Part shown: piece after piece, positions 12,130 to 24,420 of the stretch
Position numbering within the stretch: the first letter of the stretch is position 1
Layout of the letters: every line of letters begins with the position of its first letter
Assembly: GCA_010909165.1 (NCBI GenBank)
Contig: MU008197.1
Coordinates: 372,001 to 436,000 of the forward strand
Length of the DNA: 64,000 nt
From: Anthoceros angustus
Lineage: Eukaryota; Plantae; Anthocerotophyta
Direction of reading: 5' to 3'
Made by a program: the position numbers and the translations under genes
Notes under the pieces: generated by a model
Databases searched by the model: none
Seen by the model: only the letters and a program-made list of their open reading frames with translations
Told to the model about the DNA's origin: nothing

Positions 12130-12474
12130 CTAATCCTGCTCAAATTTCTGTTCATAGGCTTTCTTGGCTGCATTCTCAGCAGCATGGATACATTCAGCCT
12201 CAATAACACGTCGGACAGCCTTGGACAAGGTAGCATCAGCAATTGCATACATGAGTTGAGCCCTCTGCATAAGATTATTGGCTCTCGCTCGTTTTTCCTT
12301 TGCTATTGCAATCAGAACCGCAACTTCTGTATCCTCTTTTGCATCACCATTCGTGGCCTCGCTTGGATAACCATTATCCCCATTACGCGACCCCAGACCA
12401 CGGACGGCATCGAGATCCATGACGAGCGGCTTCAGTGGCAGTGGCAGGGGCAGTGGCAGTGGCAGTGGTAGCAT
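12130..12474 (-). CDS. Duplicate B of the EPCR terminal exon; 114-aa ORF with an in-frame internal deletion
   Basis: MDLDAVRGLGSRNGDNGYPSEATNGDA is joined directly to KEDTEVAVLIAIAKEKRARANNLMQRAQLMYAIADATLSKAVRRVIEAECIHAAENAAKKAYEQKFEQD*. ttccag acceptor at ~12484. The parental TAT is TAG here, ending the ORF. Confidence 0.55.
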   Translation of the reverse strand: MLPLPLPLPLPLPLKPLVMDLDAVRGLGSRNGDNGYPSEATNGDAKEDTEVAVLIAIAKEKRARANNLMQRAQLMYAIADATLSKAVRRVIEAECIHAAENAAKKAYEQKFEQD

Positions 12475-13989
12475 TTCTGTTACCTGGAAGGAATAAATGA
12501 ATTGAAACTAGTCAGTCCCCGAACAAAAACTCAATTACCCCGTTTACTTGTCCATGAATAAATGAATTCAAACTAGTCAGCCCCCAAACAAAAACTCAAT
12601 TACCACCTCTACTTTCTCTGCCTTTAAAGTCTTTAAATTATTTATCGAGAAACTAAAAAATGATCAAGATATATAATCACTGAACATCCTATATAAGATA
12701 ATAATATCTATTAAATAATATTAGATATGAACTCTAGGGCATTGGGTTACCAAAGCATTCCGCACACCAATTGGATAGTGTGTGAGAACACTGTGTGTAG
12801 TATTTCAGACTAGAATAATCATTGAACAATTGAAATAAAGAATGCGCAAGTTGCTTGAAACCATATCATATTAAAAAAACGAATAATAAGTTCAATATGC
12901 TAATAAATGTGTACAGGCTAAAGAAGAAGTTTATCATATACTACATAAATAACCTGAGAACTTAGCACAATCTCAAAGATTATGTAAGGGATCTTAGGGG
13001 TCTTCCAAATGTGTCTTATGGTGAATGGGCTCAGCCCATCTTTCTTATTCAACAAAATACTTTAACAATAACAAGGAATTAGGAATGACGTACTTGTCAC
13101 AATTCCAAAGGTTAAAGCTTATTTGAGGCAATTCTAAAGACGATTCGAAGGTGGATGGCCTATCTATGGAAGTTCATTTTGAGGCAACTGGAAAGGCATA
13201 GGGTGAGTTTGTGACGGTTGGAAATTTTTAAAAAGTTCTAAATTTATAAAAAACATTATAAACAACATGAATATATTAAATTATATTATGTGTAATAATT
13301 ATTTCACTTAAAAATATGTATCGGTTTAAAAACATGTTAAACCATGATGTGGACTAAAATAAGCCATGTGATCACCTTAAGTTTGCCAATTAGCATCTGC
13401 TTTGGCTTTAGGTTCACAAAATCGGACTATGGGTGGTTGGAGTATGACAATGTTTTAGGTTTACCAAATTGGATTGTGTGTGGTTGGAGTCTGACAATGC
13501 TTTAGGTTTACCAAATTGGATTATGTGTGGTTGGAGTCTGATGTCAATCTTTTTTTTGTCAAATCTCTTTGGCAGTTGTGGCAGCCAATACTACTACTCG
13601 ACTACATCTCGAGATGGCCTTGTTTCACAACCGGTATTTGTTTGTCACCAACACGCATGTTGGCATGCAATTGCTGAAACAATTGCTGCATTATAAAGTG
13701 GTTGAATTATTTCTAATGTAGCATGTGTGTCGTCTTTCACAGAATGAGGTAACTCATAATGCATTAGAAAGAGTTTCACTTAAACGATCTTTGATCAATA
13801 TTTTAAATATACTAATTTAATAAGTTCATGATGAAAAATCATGAATCCTATACCATTCTTTTAATAAAATATGTTGAACTATGGAATTGATAACTTAGGC
13901 CGATGCTAAAGATTGTCTAGTCAAATGTAGGGCCCATCACACCATGGCGCGCAGACATAACGGCTGGAGAGATTAAATAGTTATTATGT

Positions 13990-15090
13990 CTGTGCTTAAC
14001 TATGAACTTAATATTCGATGTCAACAAACATAGGTACCATGTGCATGAACTGTTCACGATGGTGGATTTTGATGACCATTTTAATGGTACACCAATGGTG
14101 TGGGTCCCACAAAGGAAGCAACCACAAGGGCCCTTGTAAAATGAATGGCTGCAGTTTGAAAAATGGTGGTGGACAGAAAGCTGGAATGGAGATCTTCAAC
14201 ATTTGTTGTTGATGATTTTGCTACAAAGTTATTGATTATTTGTTTAATATGGCATTGGGATGTGGTTGTGTTCTTGTGTTTATGGCATGTTTCTCGTGCG
14301 TGGCTTTGAAATCTTATAAATTGGTCCGCAATTATGATGATAAGCTACATGGGTAGAATTGCATCAAATTACGTACGTCAATCATGTAGAAATGTTCAGT
14401 GGCCGAGACGGTGGCAAATGGAAAATGATTACTTGAAGGGTTCTACACGAAATGGGGAAGCAAACAAACTGCTTAATATATGTGAATTACTTTCAGTCTC
14501 AGCGGGGTGGACAATTTGGTATGTTTTGTCTTGTACAAGTTTCGGTTTTTGTCTTTGGATGCATTTTGTATATATCCACAATCTCGGTTCCAGACATGTT
14601 CATAAAATATGCAAGGCAACTCCCACACTCTGGTCAAGATTGTACATCGGTGGAATTATTGGAGGCATGACACAGGTTTTTGAAGGAACGTTTTGCTTCA
14701 TCAAAATTGACACTTTTAGGTCACCAGATTGATTAGTACTTTACCAACTTTATCTTATTGTGGCAAATTATTTTATGATATTGGAATCATTGCAAAGAAT
14801 GAGGACTCTTTCTAAGAATGAATCTAGTCCGAATGGAGAAAGAGCCTATGCATACACATGCTACAGAGTCTATAGCACTCTGTAGCATGTGTACAAACTC
14901 TGTAGCATGTGTATGCATAAGCAATGGGAATTTCATTGCTTACCGTTAGGTCTATATGATGCAGCTTGTTGTTTTTCTTGTATAGATGCATCGAAGTCTT
15001 AAATCCTTGACAATCCAGGAACCATGTAGGCAAATTGCACATGCCCTCAAGAACATGGGGGCTTCTTGTGCAAACGGTTCAGCAGTTGTT
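13990..15090 (+). mobile_element. Degenerate Mutator-like (MULE) transposase with SWIM finger
   Basis: Colinear broken motifs LFTMVDFDDHFNGTPMVWV, WRSSTFVVDDF, CLIWH..RAWL.NL, NYFQSQ, RQLPHSGQD and CTCPQEHGGFLCK (SWIM-like, ~15036-15077). Many stops and frameshifts; no TIR recognised. Confidence 0.7.
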
Positions 15091-15496
15091 AGATGTGTTT
15101 CCTAATACACCTCCCATGAATAGGCAGTATGCCACGACAAACGAAATAATTACATAGGACCCAGACGCAACATTGAGCATATGCCGTGGTATGTAGGAGA
15201 AAAAGGAGCAAGCTACTCAAGAAGCACCTAATTTTGCAGCCAAAGAATCCTATTGAGCGTGTGGTGGGAAAGTAACATGTTCTGAGGCTGCTACACAGGA
15301 AAAAGTATGCCTGGCATTGTGACTAAAACATGCCCTGCAATTGGTCTCTAATGTAGGTAATATATATACATGAATTACATAACCAATTTTCTAGTATGTA
15401 CTTGCCTTAAAAGGTCACGAAGGTTGGACGTCACATGGAGTAAAGAAGAAGTCTATCCTAATCCACTTGGACAGAATTTTCCTATATGAGACTTGG

Positions 15497-15785
15497 TACT
15501 TAACAACTTTTATCATGGTGTGCCTAAGTTACTTGCAACAAGGGCATCTACTCCTATCTACGCTACTTGCACCAAGGGCATGCTCTCCTATCTATGCTAC
15601 TTGCACCAAAGGCATCCACTCCCTTTAGGCACCCCATCTAAGTACTGACCTAAGCTACTTGCACCAAAGACATCCACTCCCTTTAGGCACCCCATCTAAG
15701 TACTGACCTAAGCTACTTGCACCAAAGGCATCCACTCCCTTTAGGCACCCCATCTAAGCACTGGCCTAAGCTACTTCCACAAGGC
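15497..15785 (+). repeat. 58-bp tandem repeat (3 copies plus partials); family also present inverted at ~49880-50110
   Basis: ctacttgcaccaaaggcatccactccctttaggcaccccatctaagtactgacctaag starts at 15597, 15655 and 15713. The reverse complement of 49879-49940 matches 15497-15555. Confidence 0.9.
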
Positions 15786-16458
15786 AATCAACTCCGTATA
15801 GTGAAGGACGCCATCTAAGTGCCGATCAAACAACTGTGTTCATTTTCAAGAACACCGCTCCTCTCGTTGCGCTGAGCTCCACTTAGGGGCCTCGGAACAT
15901 CATACTCTCTATTGATGATTGGTTTGACGCGGAGGAATTCTCTCGTAAAATAGCAGCATCTACAAATTCAGGACTTGGGCTAGACCTGAAAGTCGAAAAT
16001 GCCTAGCGTATTGCCATCCTGGCAACATTTAAAAATTCGAAAATGTACAACGCGTTAACCTTACAACGGCAAAACCGTGTGGAACTGGCAAATTAGCCTC
16101 TACCACATGTGACCACGTTGGCGCAGTCACTTGTCACCTAACATTCTGCTTAGACATAAGATTTGGGCTACCCAAACGACTTGCTCAATTGCCCAACACC
16201 CTTAACCCTCCTGTACATGCTAGCAGTAGCTTAGCATTACTGAAGTCGCAAGTACCGAACTCCCTTCCATTGATTTTCGTTGGGTACCACCGCTTCAAAT
16301 TTACTGGCAAGAATGACATCAATTATCCACAGACATTAAAACCATGACAATTGTCAGACGACTGCGGCGTGTCGGCCCCACTCCGCAACATCAAAGTATG
16401 TCTAGTTCAACCCTTGTCTGTTAAACTACCTACCATCTTAAATGTTATCAACGAGCCT

Positions 16459-19400
16459 TCAGACGCAGGGGCATACCTTTTTCTGAGGGCTTGCGTCTCC
16501 TGTTGCTATCAACCTTGTACCAAGCCCCGCACCCAACTCTTGGCTCCAACTAGCTACTGGCAACAGCGGATCATCACTATCCGTGACTAGACTTTGCCGT
16601 GTACTTAACGGTCTCAACCCCGCAGAAGTCCTAGAAGGATTCTCCAAGCCTTTCCGCCAAGATCCAAAAGACGGACCCTTGTTAACTTCCTGACCCGCTG
16701 TCTTGCCCTGCCCATGTTTGGATACCTCAAAACTGTCAGACAATTCCAAGCTACCAGGGTGCTCCTGCGAGCACTCTCTTTGACAGTCATAATCCTGCTC
16801 AAATTGCCGCTGAAAGGCTTTCTTTGCTGCATTCTCAGCAGCTTGGACACACTCCGCCTCCATCACATATTGGACAGCTTTGGACATGGTGGCATCTGCT
16901 GTTGCATACATGAGTTGAGCCCTCGTCCTAAGGGCTCTGGCCCTTGCTCTCTTTTCCTTCGCTATGGCTATCAAAGCCTCCACAACAGCTTCTGGATCCT
17001 CTTCTGAATCCTGCTCTGCACCTACCCGCCCACTAGAAGTTTCCTTTTTCGAAGAGAATGCAAATCCATCCACTGCGTTAAGTTGGTTACCAAAACTACT
17101 GGGTTCTCCTTCCCGCAAGGTATCCAGATCCACCTCAATGGGGCTTTCCTGCTGCATCTGCTGATGAAGTTGCTGCAAATGCCTCACCCTCTTCCGTTTG
17201 CTCTCACCAGCCATTGAATTACCCCTTGGCCTCTTAAGTTTCCTTGCTGCCTTTTTTACTCTTCTTCTCTGTTCCGTGGCATGTGCCTTTTCTGCCACGA
17301 CTTGACTCCCTGGGACGGGAGCAGTCAGCACATGAGTATCATCATTCATGGCCTCCACTGGATAATGGTTATTACCATTACCTGACGCTCTAGTGAAGAC
17401 ATCATGGAGATCCATGGTCGTACCCTCCTGAAAAGAGTCTTCCATGTACCGATGACGAGCACTCTTTTTGTGACCTGGAAAGAAGCAATCTCATTCAGAA
17501 TATGGCATCCCACTTTGCCGGTGCCCAAAGGGGATCAAAGCAAAAACCCAGCAGACACTGCTAATCCCTTACCAGATACACCCTGATGCTCCACAGAACT
17601 ACATCTCTTCCCCGGGCTATCCAGATAGTACCCATTAGGAGTGGGCTGGGCAGCTAGGGACAACCATTGACGAGAGGCACCTCCAACCTTAACTTGCTTG
17701 CGCTGTGATCTCTGCTTTTGAAGCTTGTTTGATTCCAGGCCTCGAGGCCGTAAGCAGAAAGCAAAATGAGCTGGCGCCTTGCACTGCTCCAATAACTGTT
17801 TGTGGCTCACAGATGGAAACTGCCGTTGAAGCTGTTGAAACTTCAGCTCCCACTCTTTCCGTTGGCTCTCATACTGCTGCCACGGTGGAGCCTGTTTCAC
17901 AAGACAGTCCTCGTATCACCTCTTCTGACACCTTTTACGAACAAGAGAGATTCTAATAACAAGGGATAGCACAGAAGTGGCTCTCATACACAAACCCATG
18001 GGTGACGGAGCTTACCTGAAAATGTCTTATGAGGGCCATTCCTTTCCTAAGCCGCTTTCCAGCCCAGTAAGCATGAACGGACTTAATCACTTCAGGAGAC
18101 CCAAACCCACCGCAAGTGTCCATAGCATTATCTGCAGATACTTCACTCTTCTGGGAGAAGGACACCTTTTCTAATCTTTCAATGATACGCTCCAGTGTAT
18201 CCTCAGATATTCTAGGTCTTGACCTTGAGCCTCTGGTCCCTGCCCTCTCCCCATTGGTGTGTAGAAGCCACTGTTCATCTTCAGTGTCCATGTCATAGAT
18301 GACAGAGTTGCTTTGAAAACCCATTTCCTCCTCGCGTTCTCTTTGTCGGATATATTCCAAAGGTGGCCTAACAAAGCATTCCCCAACAAGCTTGGCAGGA
18401 CACTCCTCAATTGGCTTAACTCCAGGAATTGGGATCTGGGGTATTCTGGCATTCCTCTGATAACATAGTTCATGCATATGTTTGAACCGAAGCCATTGTT
18501 TTCTGTCTTCAAATTCAAGATACATACCCTTCTTCGCCTTAAACATCAGGGCATGAGTGTACTTGTTGCTTGAAGCTGTTGCATCAACTTGCACAGCTTT
18601 ATAAGTCAGAAATGTTTCACCCCTAAGACTTGCAGCCAGTGTCCACATCTCCCTGCCCGTAGACAAAAGTTCAACGGTTACACCATAATCTCGCCATCCC
18701 CTGTCCTCTCGCACATTCAACACATTACACATACAGCTGGTGCAGTCACTATCTGCTCGCCTCAAAAAGGGGAGCTCTGTTTGCCTATCGTTTCTCTCTT
18801 CATACACAGGAGGACTTACACTGTCACCGCGTCTGCCCTTTCCAGATGTTCCATCCAGATCATCACCAGACACTGGGCTCGACCCTTTCTTCCGTCGTTT
18901 CCTGGTCTCAGGAGCACCAGAAAGTCCCCCCTCTACCCATACTTGATTTCCCTTTGAAGCCTCACCGTTTGGCAACTCATCTGCCAGTGTGCAAGGTCGA
19001 GCTGCTCCCCCCCCCCAAGAGGAGCAGGTTGCCTCAGGGTCATTCACCCTGTCTGCTGGCAGGTCCACGCAGTGCACAATTGGCCTCTTTCGAGAGGCAT
19101 CAGCCACAACAGGCAATTCACCAGTATCAGCGTCTGGCCCCTTACAGCCTACAGACCTTGCACCGGGCTTCAAACCCTTGGCTGCAGCCTGCGTATCCTC
19201 AGCAGCTGTCGCTTGAGCATCCCGTGCTATGCCCCATTCTCTGTTGGTAGGACACCTCCTCAACTTGAAACGATGTCTGCGTTCAACTGTAGGTATAGCA
19301 GCAACTGCCTCATGTCTCAACCTCTTAGTCATGGCACTTGAATCCGATGATGTAGGCGGGGTTGATGAATCCTTGTCAGCCTCAGGCTTCCCAGTCCGTT

Positions 19401-22400
19401 CATTATCCCCATCTCCCTCTTCAAGACCTCGTTTGAATGGTACGGAGTGTTGCTGCTCAGTCTCCGTTTTTATAACACTGGTCAAACAGGGTTGCAGCTC
19501 ATCCACACCCCTTGCAGTATCCAAAACGGGAGGAGAACTGTTGATCTCCAAACCAGCACTGGTGGGCGAATCATCTTCCCTAACACCATCTGTCTCATGA
19601 CCTGCTTCACCAGGCAGAACCTGAGGGTTCCCGCAATAAACTCCTCCAAGAGCAGGGGAAGAGGGTTGCAGGTCCATAGCCTGGGGTAATATACATAGCT
19701 GCTGGCAGTCTGCCTCCAGTTGATCAGGATTGTCCACAAGCTCCCGAGGCAGGAGCATGCGTGAGGAAGGAAGAGTAAGATAAGTTGTGTGAGTGTCAGC
19801 CAAGGATGGCACTCCAACACTCCTGGTCCTCTGAAGGACAACATCTATGCCTGCTCCCCGAAGCGCCTGCAGACAAAGCTTGAGATCCACAATTGAACCC
19901 CGTGGCAATTCCACCCGAAGATCAGCATCAGGTGATGCTAGTGACTGCCGCTGTAAAGAATCCTGGAAGTAGCTGACAGGCAGCCTAGAACCGGACAGGT
20001 GCTGTATAGAGGACAAAAAGGACTGCAGGGAACTTAGACTAGCCTCGACTCTCAAACCTCCATATGATTCCATCACTGGTAAGCTAAGCAGAATACGAGA
20101 TGACACAGGGTCTCCTAAAACTGGATCATGCAATCCTTGCACAATGTCATTCGCCACCTCAACTCTACGACATTGCAAGCTAACATCAGACACAGAGGCA
20201 TCTGAATTTCTCTGACCCATTCCATTTCTGAGAACTTCCATACAGTCTGCGGGCGGAAGTTGAGTCAGAGTTGTTGTCTGGGCCGCAGGCATCATCCTAC
20301 TAGGAGAGCTTGGGCTCTGAAAGAAAGTAAACCCATTGATAGAGACTTCCAGGCCTGCAGACGTCACAGACTGTAATCCACTACGTAGCAGAAGCAAGGG
20401 TCTGCCTGAAACAGTTCCGATATCATCCTCACCGAAAGGAAAAGGAATCACCCTTCCAGTAGCATGAGCTCTCCAAGCTGCCTCGTGCTGAGAAACACCG
20501 GTTCTCTGCAGGATCAGACCATCAAGCACGTCCCTCTCTTCGATGTGTCCCTGTCCCGAATGATCTGCGGTGTCCTCCACCAGTAAGCTCATTGGTGACG
20601 GCAACTGAAGAGAAGAATCGCCTGCCTCCCCTGACTGGGGCTCGGTAGCACCCACGATTTGCAAAACAGGTAACCCTGAACCAAATAGCTGCTGGACTGA
20701 AGACAAGAAAGACTGTATCATGCTGAGTCCGGCCTCAGCTCTCAACCCTTGATCGACCACTGGTAAGCTGATCAGCAGACGGGTTGACACAGGGCCCCCA
20801 AAGCCTGGCCCATTCCAGGTACGTACACTGGAGCGAGTGACATGCACTTCAGAATGTAGCAGCCTGACATCAGCGGCCAGAGAATCAGTACGGTTGTCTT
20901 CGCTGCTCCTACACATCACCGCCAGACTCGTAGGGGATGGAGGCTTTAGCTCCCCGGCGGATGACATCTCCCCGGGAACGTCTGGAGTATTGGACAGGGT
21001 ACGATTAAACATGGAAACAGTTTGAGGAACCGATTCCAAATTCTCGTCGATAGTTGTCTCGGCTAAGCCGCCTGTGTCCGGAGCTACTTCGTCTTGGGCA
21101 ACTTCTGAGCTCGGAGATGCTTCGTCCTGAAAAGCCTCCATTTCCATGGGCACAGACTCCTGTTCGCCCACACCCTTCAGAGTCTCCACTGCAAAAAAGT
21201 CTCCTGAATCACTCGGGCCCTGGGCCGGAAAAGGAGCATAGCCCTCTGAAGTGTCCATCGGGCAGACACCTGACACGTCTTCCAGGATGCAGCTTGCACC
21301 TTCTGCTGCCCCAACACCGGGGTCAACATCTCGAGAAGCCACCAGATCGTCATTAACAGGACCTTCCTCGCTCGAACGCCTTTCACCTTGCTCGCCCAGG
21401 TCCTCGCAGACATAAACCGCTGGAGGAGTCGACTTTGGCGCTCCGGAGGCAGCCCGTCTCGTATAAACTGACACAATTTTCGGCTTATCATCTTTGGCAG
21501 CTTTGGAATCACGACCACGAGTGGACCTCCTTTCATAGAAGCACCCAGGAGTAGCTGCTGGTGTTCCAGAGGGCATACAATCCGGTTCACTGGTCCGATC
21601 TCCACTGCCAGCAACGGCAGTGGATGCCGCGCTAGCCCCTTCGAGTTCATCACTGATGAGCACCCTTGCAGTAGGACCTTCACAGGAGGACACCAACTTA
21701 CTCGAATCGTCCTTCGGGACATGAAACGGCTCAGATTGTGCTAGGCCATCCTCGCTGCCAGATTCAAGAGAGAGCTGAACAACTCCCGACGGCTCTGCAG
21801 GCCGCGACGGAGAAGGTATGCTGCTCTCATCTCCAGAAGCAACAAGACTCTTAGATTGCCTACGCGTCTTTTTGCCAGACGTCACTTTTGGAGTCTTCAC
21901 GACCGCAGCAAGTAGGTCCCCAGATTCACCGACCACCTCCCAGTCGTGAACTTGCAGCTTAAAATCCTCCCGTTGAAGGTCCAGCCACTCTTCATCCTTG
22001 TCGTCATACAAAACCCTATGCCGCTCCCTCACAGGACAGTAAGCCTGGACTTCACCATAGTACCACTTGCTATCGAGAGGCCAATATACCTTAAGTCGAC
22101 GACCAACAATACGTGCTGCGTCCTCCTGCTTCAAGGTAACTTGCTTGAAAGGTTTGTTCCGCTTTGTCACGCTTTTCGTGACGGAAGGTCGGGGGCGAAG
22201 AGCCCGGCGAGCGCCGTTTTCATCTAGGGCTGGTGACCCCGCCGATGCAGGAGTACCTTGGCTTGCCCGCTGGGCTTCTTCCTCATCGGGTGGAGCAGGA
22301 GTAACAGCGGCAACGCTCTTGTTCAACCTGGGACGCCCAGGTTTCTTCTTCTGGACAGGAGCAACCTCCGCTACCTGCTCCGGGGCAGAGCCTGCACCGT

Positions 22401-22686
22401 CGGCAGTAGTGTCCAGCCTCTTCGTCGGTCCCGGAGTGACAGTCCTGTCACCAGTCCTCCAGAGCCTGGAACCTCTAGAACCTCCCCTCCCGCCTCTTCC
22501 ACGTGAGCTGTAACTCCTCGCACCCCTGGAAGCCCCGCGATCCTGACCCGACTTCCCCTCTGCGCCTTCGATGGCACCACTATCGCTACTTTTATCAACT
22601 CCAGCTCCCCGCTTCTTGGACTCGCGATGTTCGCGTGAAGGCCTTGACATTTTGATCATATTTCCAGAGTCACTCTGCCCTTCCAT
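16459..22686 (-). CDS. EPCR1: Enhancer of polycomb-like protein with N-terminal Tudor-like domain (EPCR1-type, PEAT complex), ~1998 aa
   Basis: Exons 22686-18016, 17891-17582 and 17474-16459 have compatible GT-AG phases. Tudor motif IVGRRLKVYWPLDSKWYYGEV...HRVLYDD.DEEW. EPL motifs NKYTHALM..LEF.DR.QW..FK.MH..CY.RN, IPIPGV, YDMDTEDEQWL, FQAPPW..Y, FAFCLRPRGLE..KQRSQRK. Confidence 0.92.
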
Positions 22687-22696
22687 GCAATTCCCT

Positions 22697-24420
22697 GATG
22701 AAACGGCAGGAGGGCTCTCAAATCAACGACCCAACCCAGATACAGTCGCAAAAGCTGGTGGCATACGACGAGCTTGCTGGAACTACAAGGTAGAGGCATC
22801 AAGGCCATCCTGGCTGGCTACGGCCCTAGGAGATCCCACGGCATGCACTACGAGCCACTGCGAGCCATGCCTGCCGGATCGGGTGGTGCCGCACAGAACT
22901 GCCAGATCCTTCCCTACTCCCCACTCAAAGACCACTCCAATCCACCCTGGCTCCAAAACTGCGGTGAACATCGATAAGCAGCTTCCAACATCACAGCGCT
23001 ATCTGCAGACAAAATTGGCAAGAAGAAAACGAGGTCAAAGGCTCGCACACCACGTCTTCTCTGAAGCAACAGGCTACGTAACGCATCATGTCACAAGAAA
23101 TGTGCCACATCTTGACACGGACGTCCACCTGACCTGCTGCACAAGAACCACAACCGCACCGACAGAGAGGACAACAGCAACAAGAACGACGCACTCACAC
23201 GAATCACAGCAAGGCCAAGCCTAGCGGACCTGAAGAGAACGATGAACCGAAGGCAGACGCATTCCGGGACTCAGGCGGCAGGGAGACAACCAACCACTCG
23301 TCTGATCTGTCACACAAGTGCTAGCCACCAAACTACCAACACATCGCCTAGCCGACCAGCATGACGCAATGCAAATCAGGTGGACAAAATAATATCCTCC
23401 AGGATCTTGAACTTAGCCTCCGCAGGGAGGGCTCCGGGAGATTGCGCAAAGCACGAGGCCTGATTGATGACAGCAACAAGGCCGGCGCCAGCGCAAAATC
23501 TTGGCCCTCTCACGCGCGCAGCCGCAGCAGGCAAGCACAAGCACCAAACACATGACGCGCCGACAACAAACCTCAGGAGACAAGAAAAGCGACTCCACAG
23601 CCATCGGCAGGGAAGCACAAACCACCGCCGGGGTCAAGACGAAGGCGGATCTCGGGATCCCCCGTCCCAGACCCGACCGAGGCGGCGCGAGCGAGTACAA
23701 CAAACCTCGGGCCGCACCACGTCGCCATCAAGCGAGTCCCTCCACACTTGGTCCCGGCAGCCGCACCGTGTCGCCTGGGGCACACTGACAAGTTCATGAG
23801 CACCTTCCTTCCCGGGCCCTGCTTGCAATCGCGCCGCACCGAAGGAGCTTTCCCACACCGCCGCCCGATCTCCCGCAGCAACAGAGGCGTCTCCTGAGAG
23901 ACGGCAGCCGAGACCGGTGGCGGCCGCGGCGCGCAGTAGCAGCAGCCGCAGCAGCAGCAGCAGCCACAGCCACAGCCGAGCAGCAGGCGGAGCAGCGGAG
24001 GCAGTGGCGCAGGAGCGCTGAGGTGGAGGGCGGCGGGGAGCCGCAGGGAGGAGGCGCATGCAGTGGGGTTCCCGGAGGCTCTACGGCAGGGGAGGAAGGG
24101 GCAGGGAGGAGGCGGGAGGAGCGTACCAGAGGCAGGAGAAAGGGGAAGCAGGCCGCCATAGCCGAGCTCGGAGCCAGCGCGGGAGGAAAGCGAGAGCGGG
24201 AGAAAGAGAGGGGAGAAGGGCGGGGACGGGGGGAAGAGGAGGGGAGGGGCACACGCGCCGCCCAGCACCGTCCGATGCGCTGAGATGGCCCAGCCTCCAA
24301 GCAAGCAAGAAAGCCATACTGGTAACTGCGGTTACCGCATACTCCGCGCTGCCCGGCTTGCTTACCTGCCTGCTACTGTAGCCGCGGCCGCGCCCTCTCC
24401 GCTTCCCGGTTATCGATACC
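22697..24420 (-). other. Probable long, intron-containing, GC/CT-rich 5' leader of the EPCR gene with (CTG)n tracts
   Basis: Acceptor ...tttcatcag lies just upstream of the ATG, and a donor-like cag|gtaagc at ~24365. CT-rich and trinucleotide tracts; no recognisable protein in any frame. Confidence 0.45.

Noticed and set aside
23634-24059. ORF with signal-peptide-like LWLWLLLLLRLLLL
   Set aside because: The Leu run is a translation of (CTG)n tracts in the GC-rich EPCR leader, with no downstream domain.
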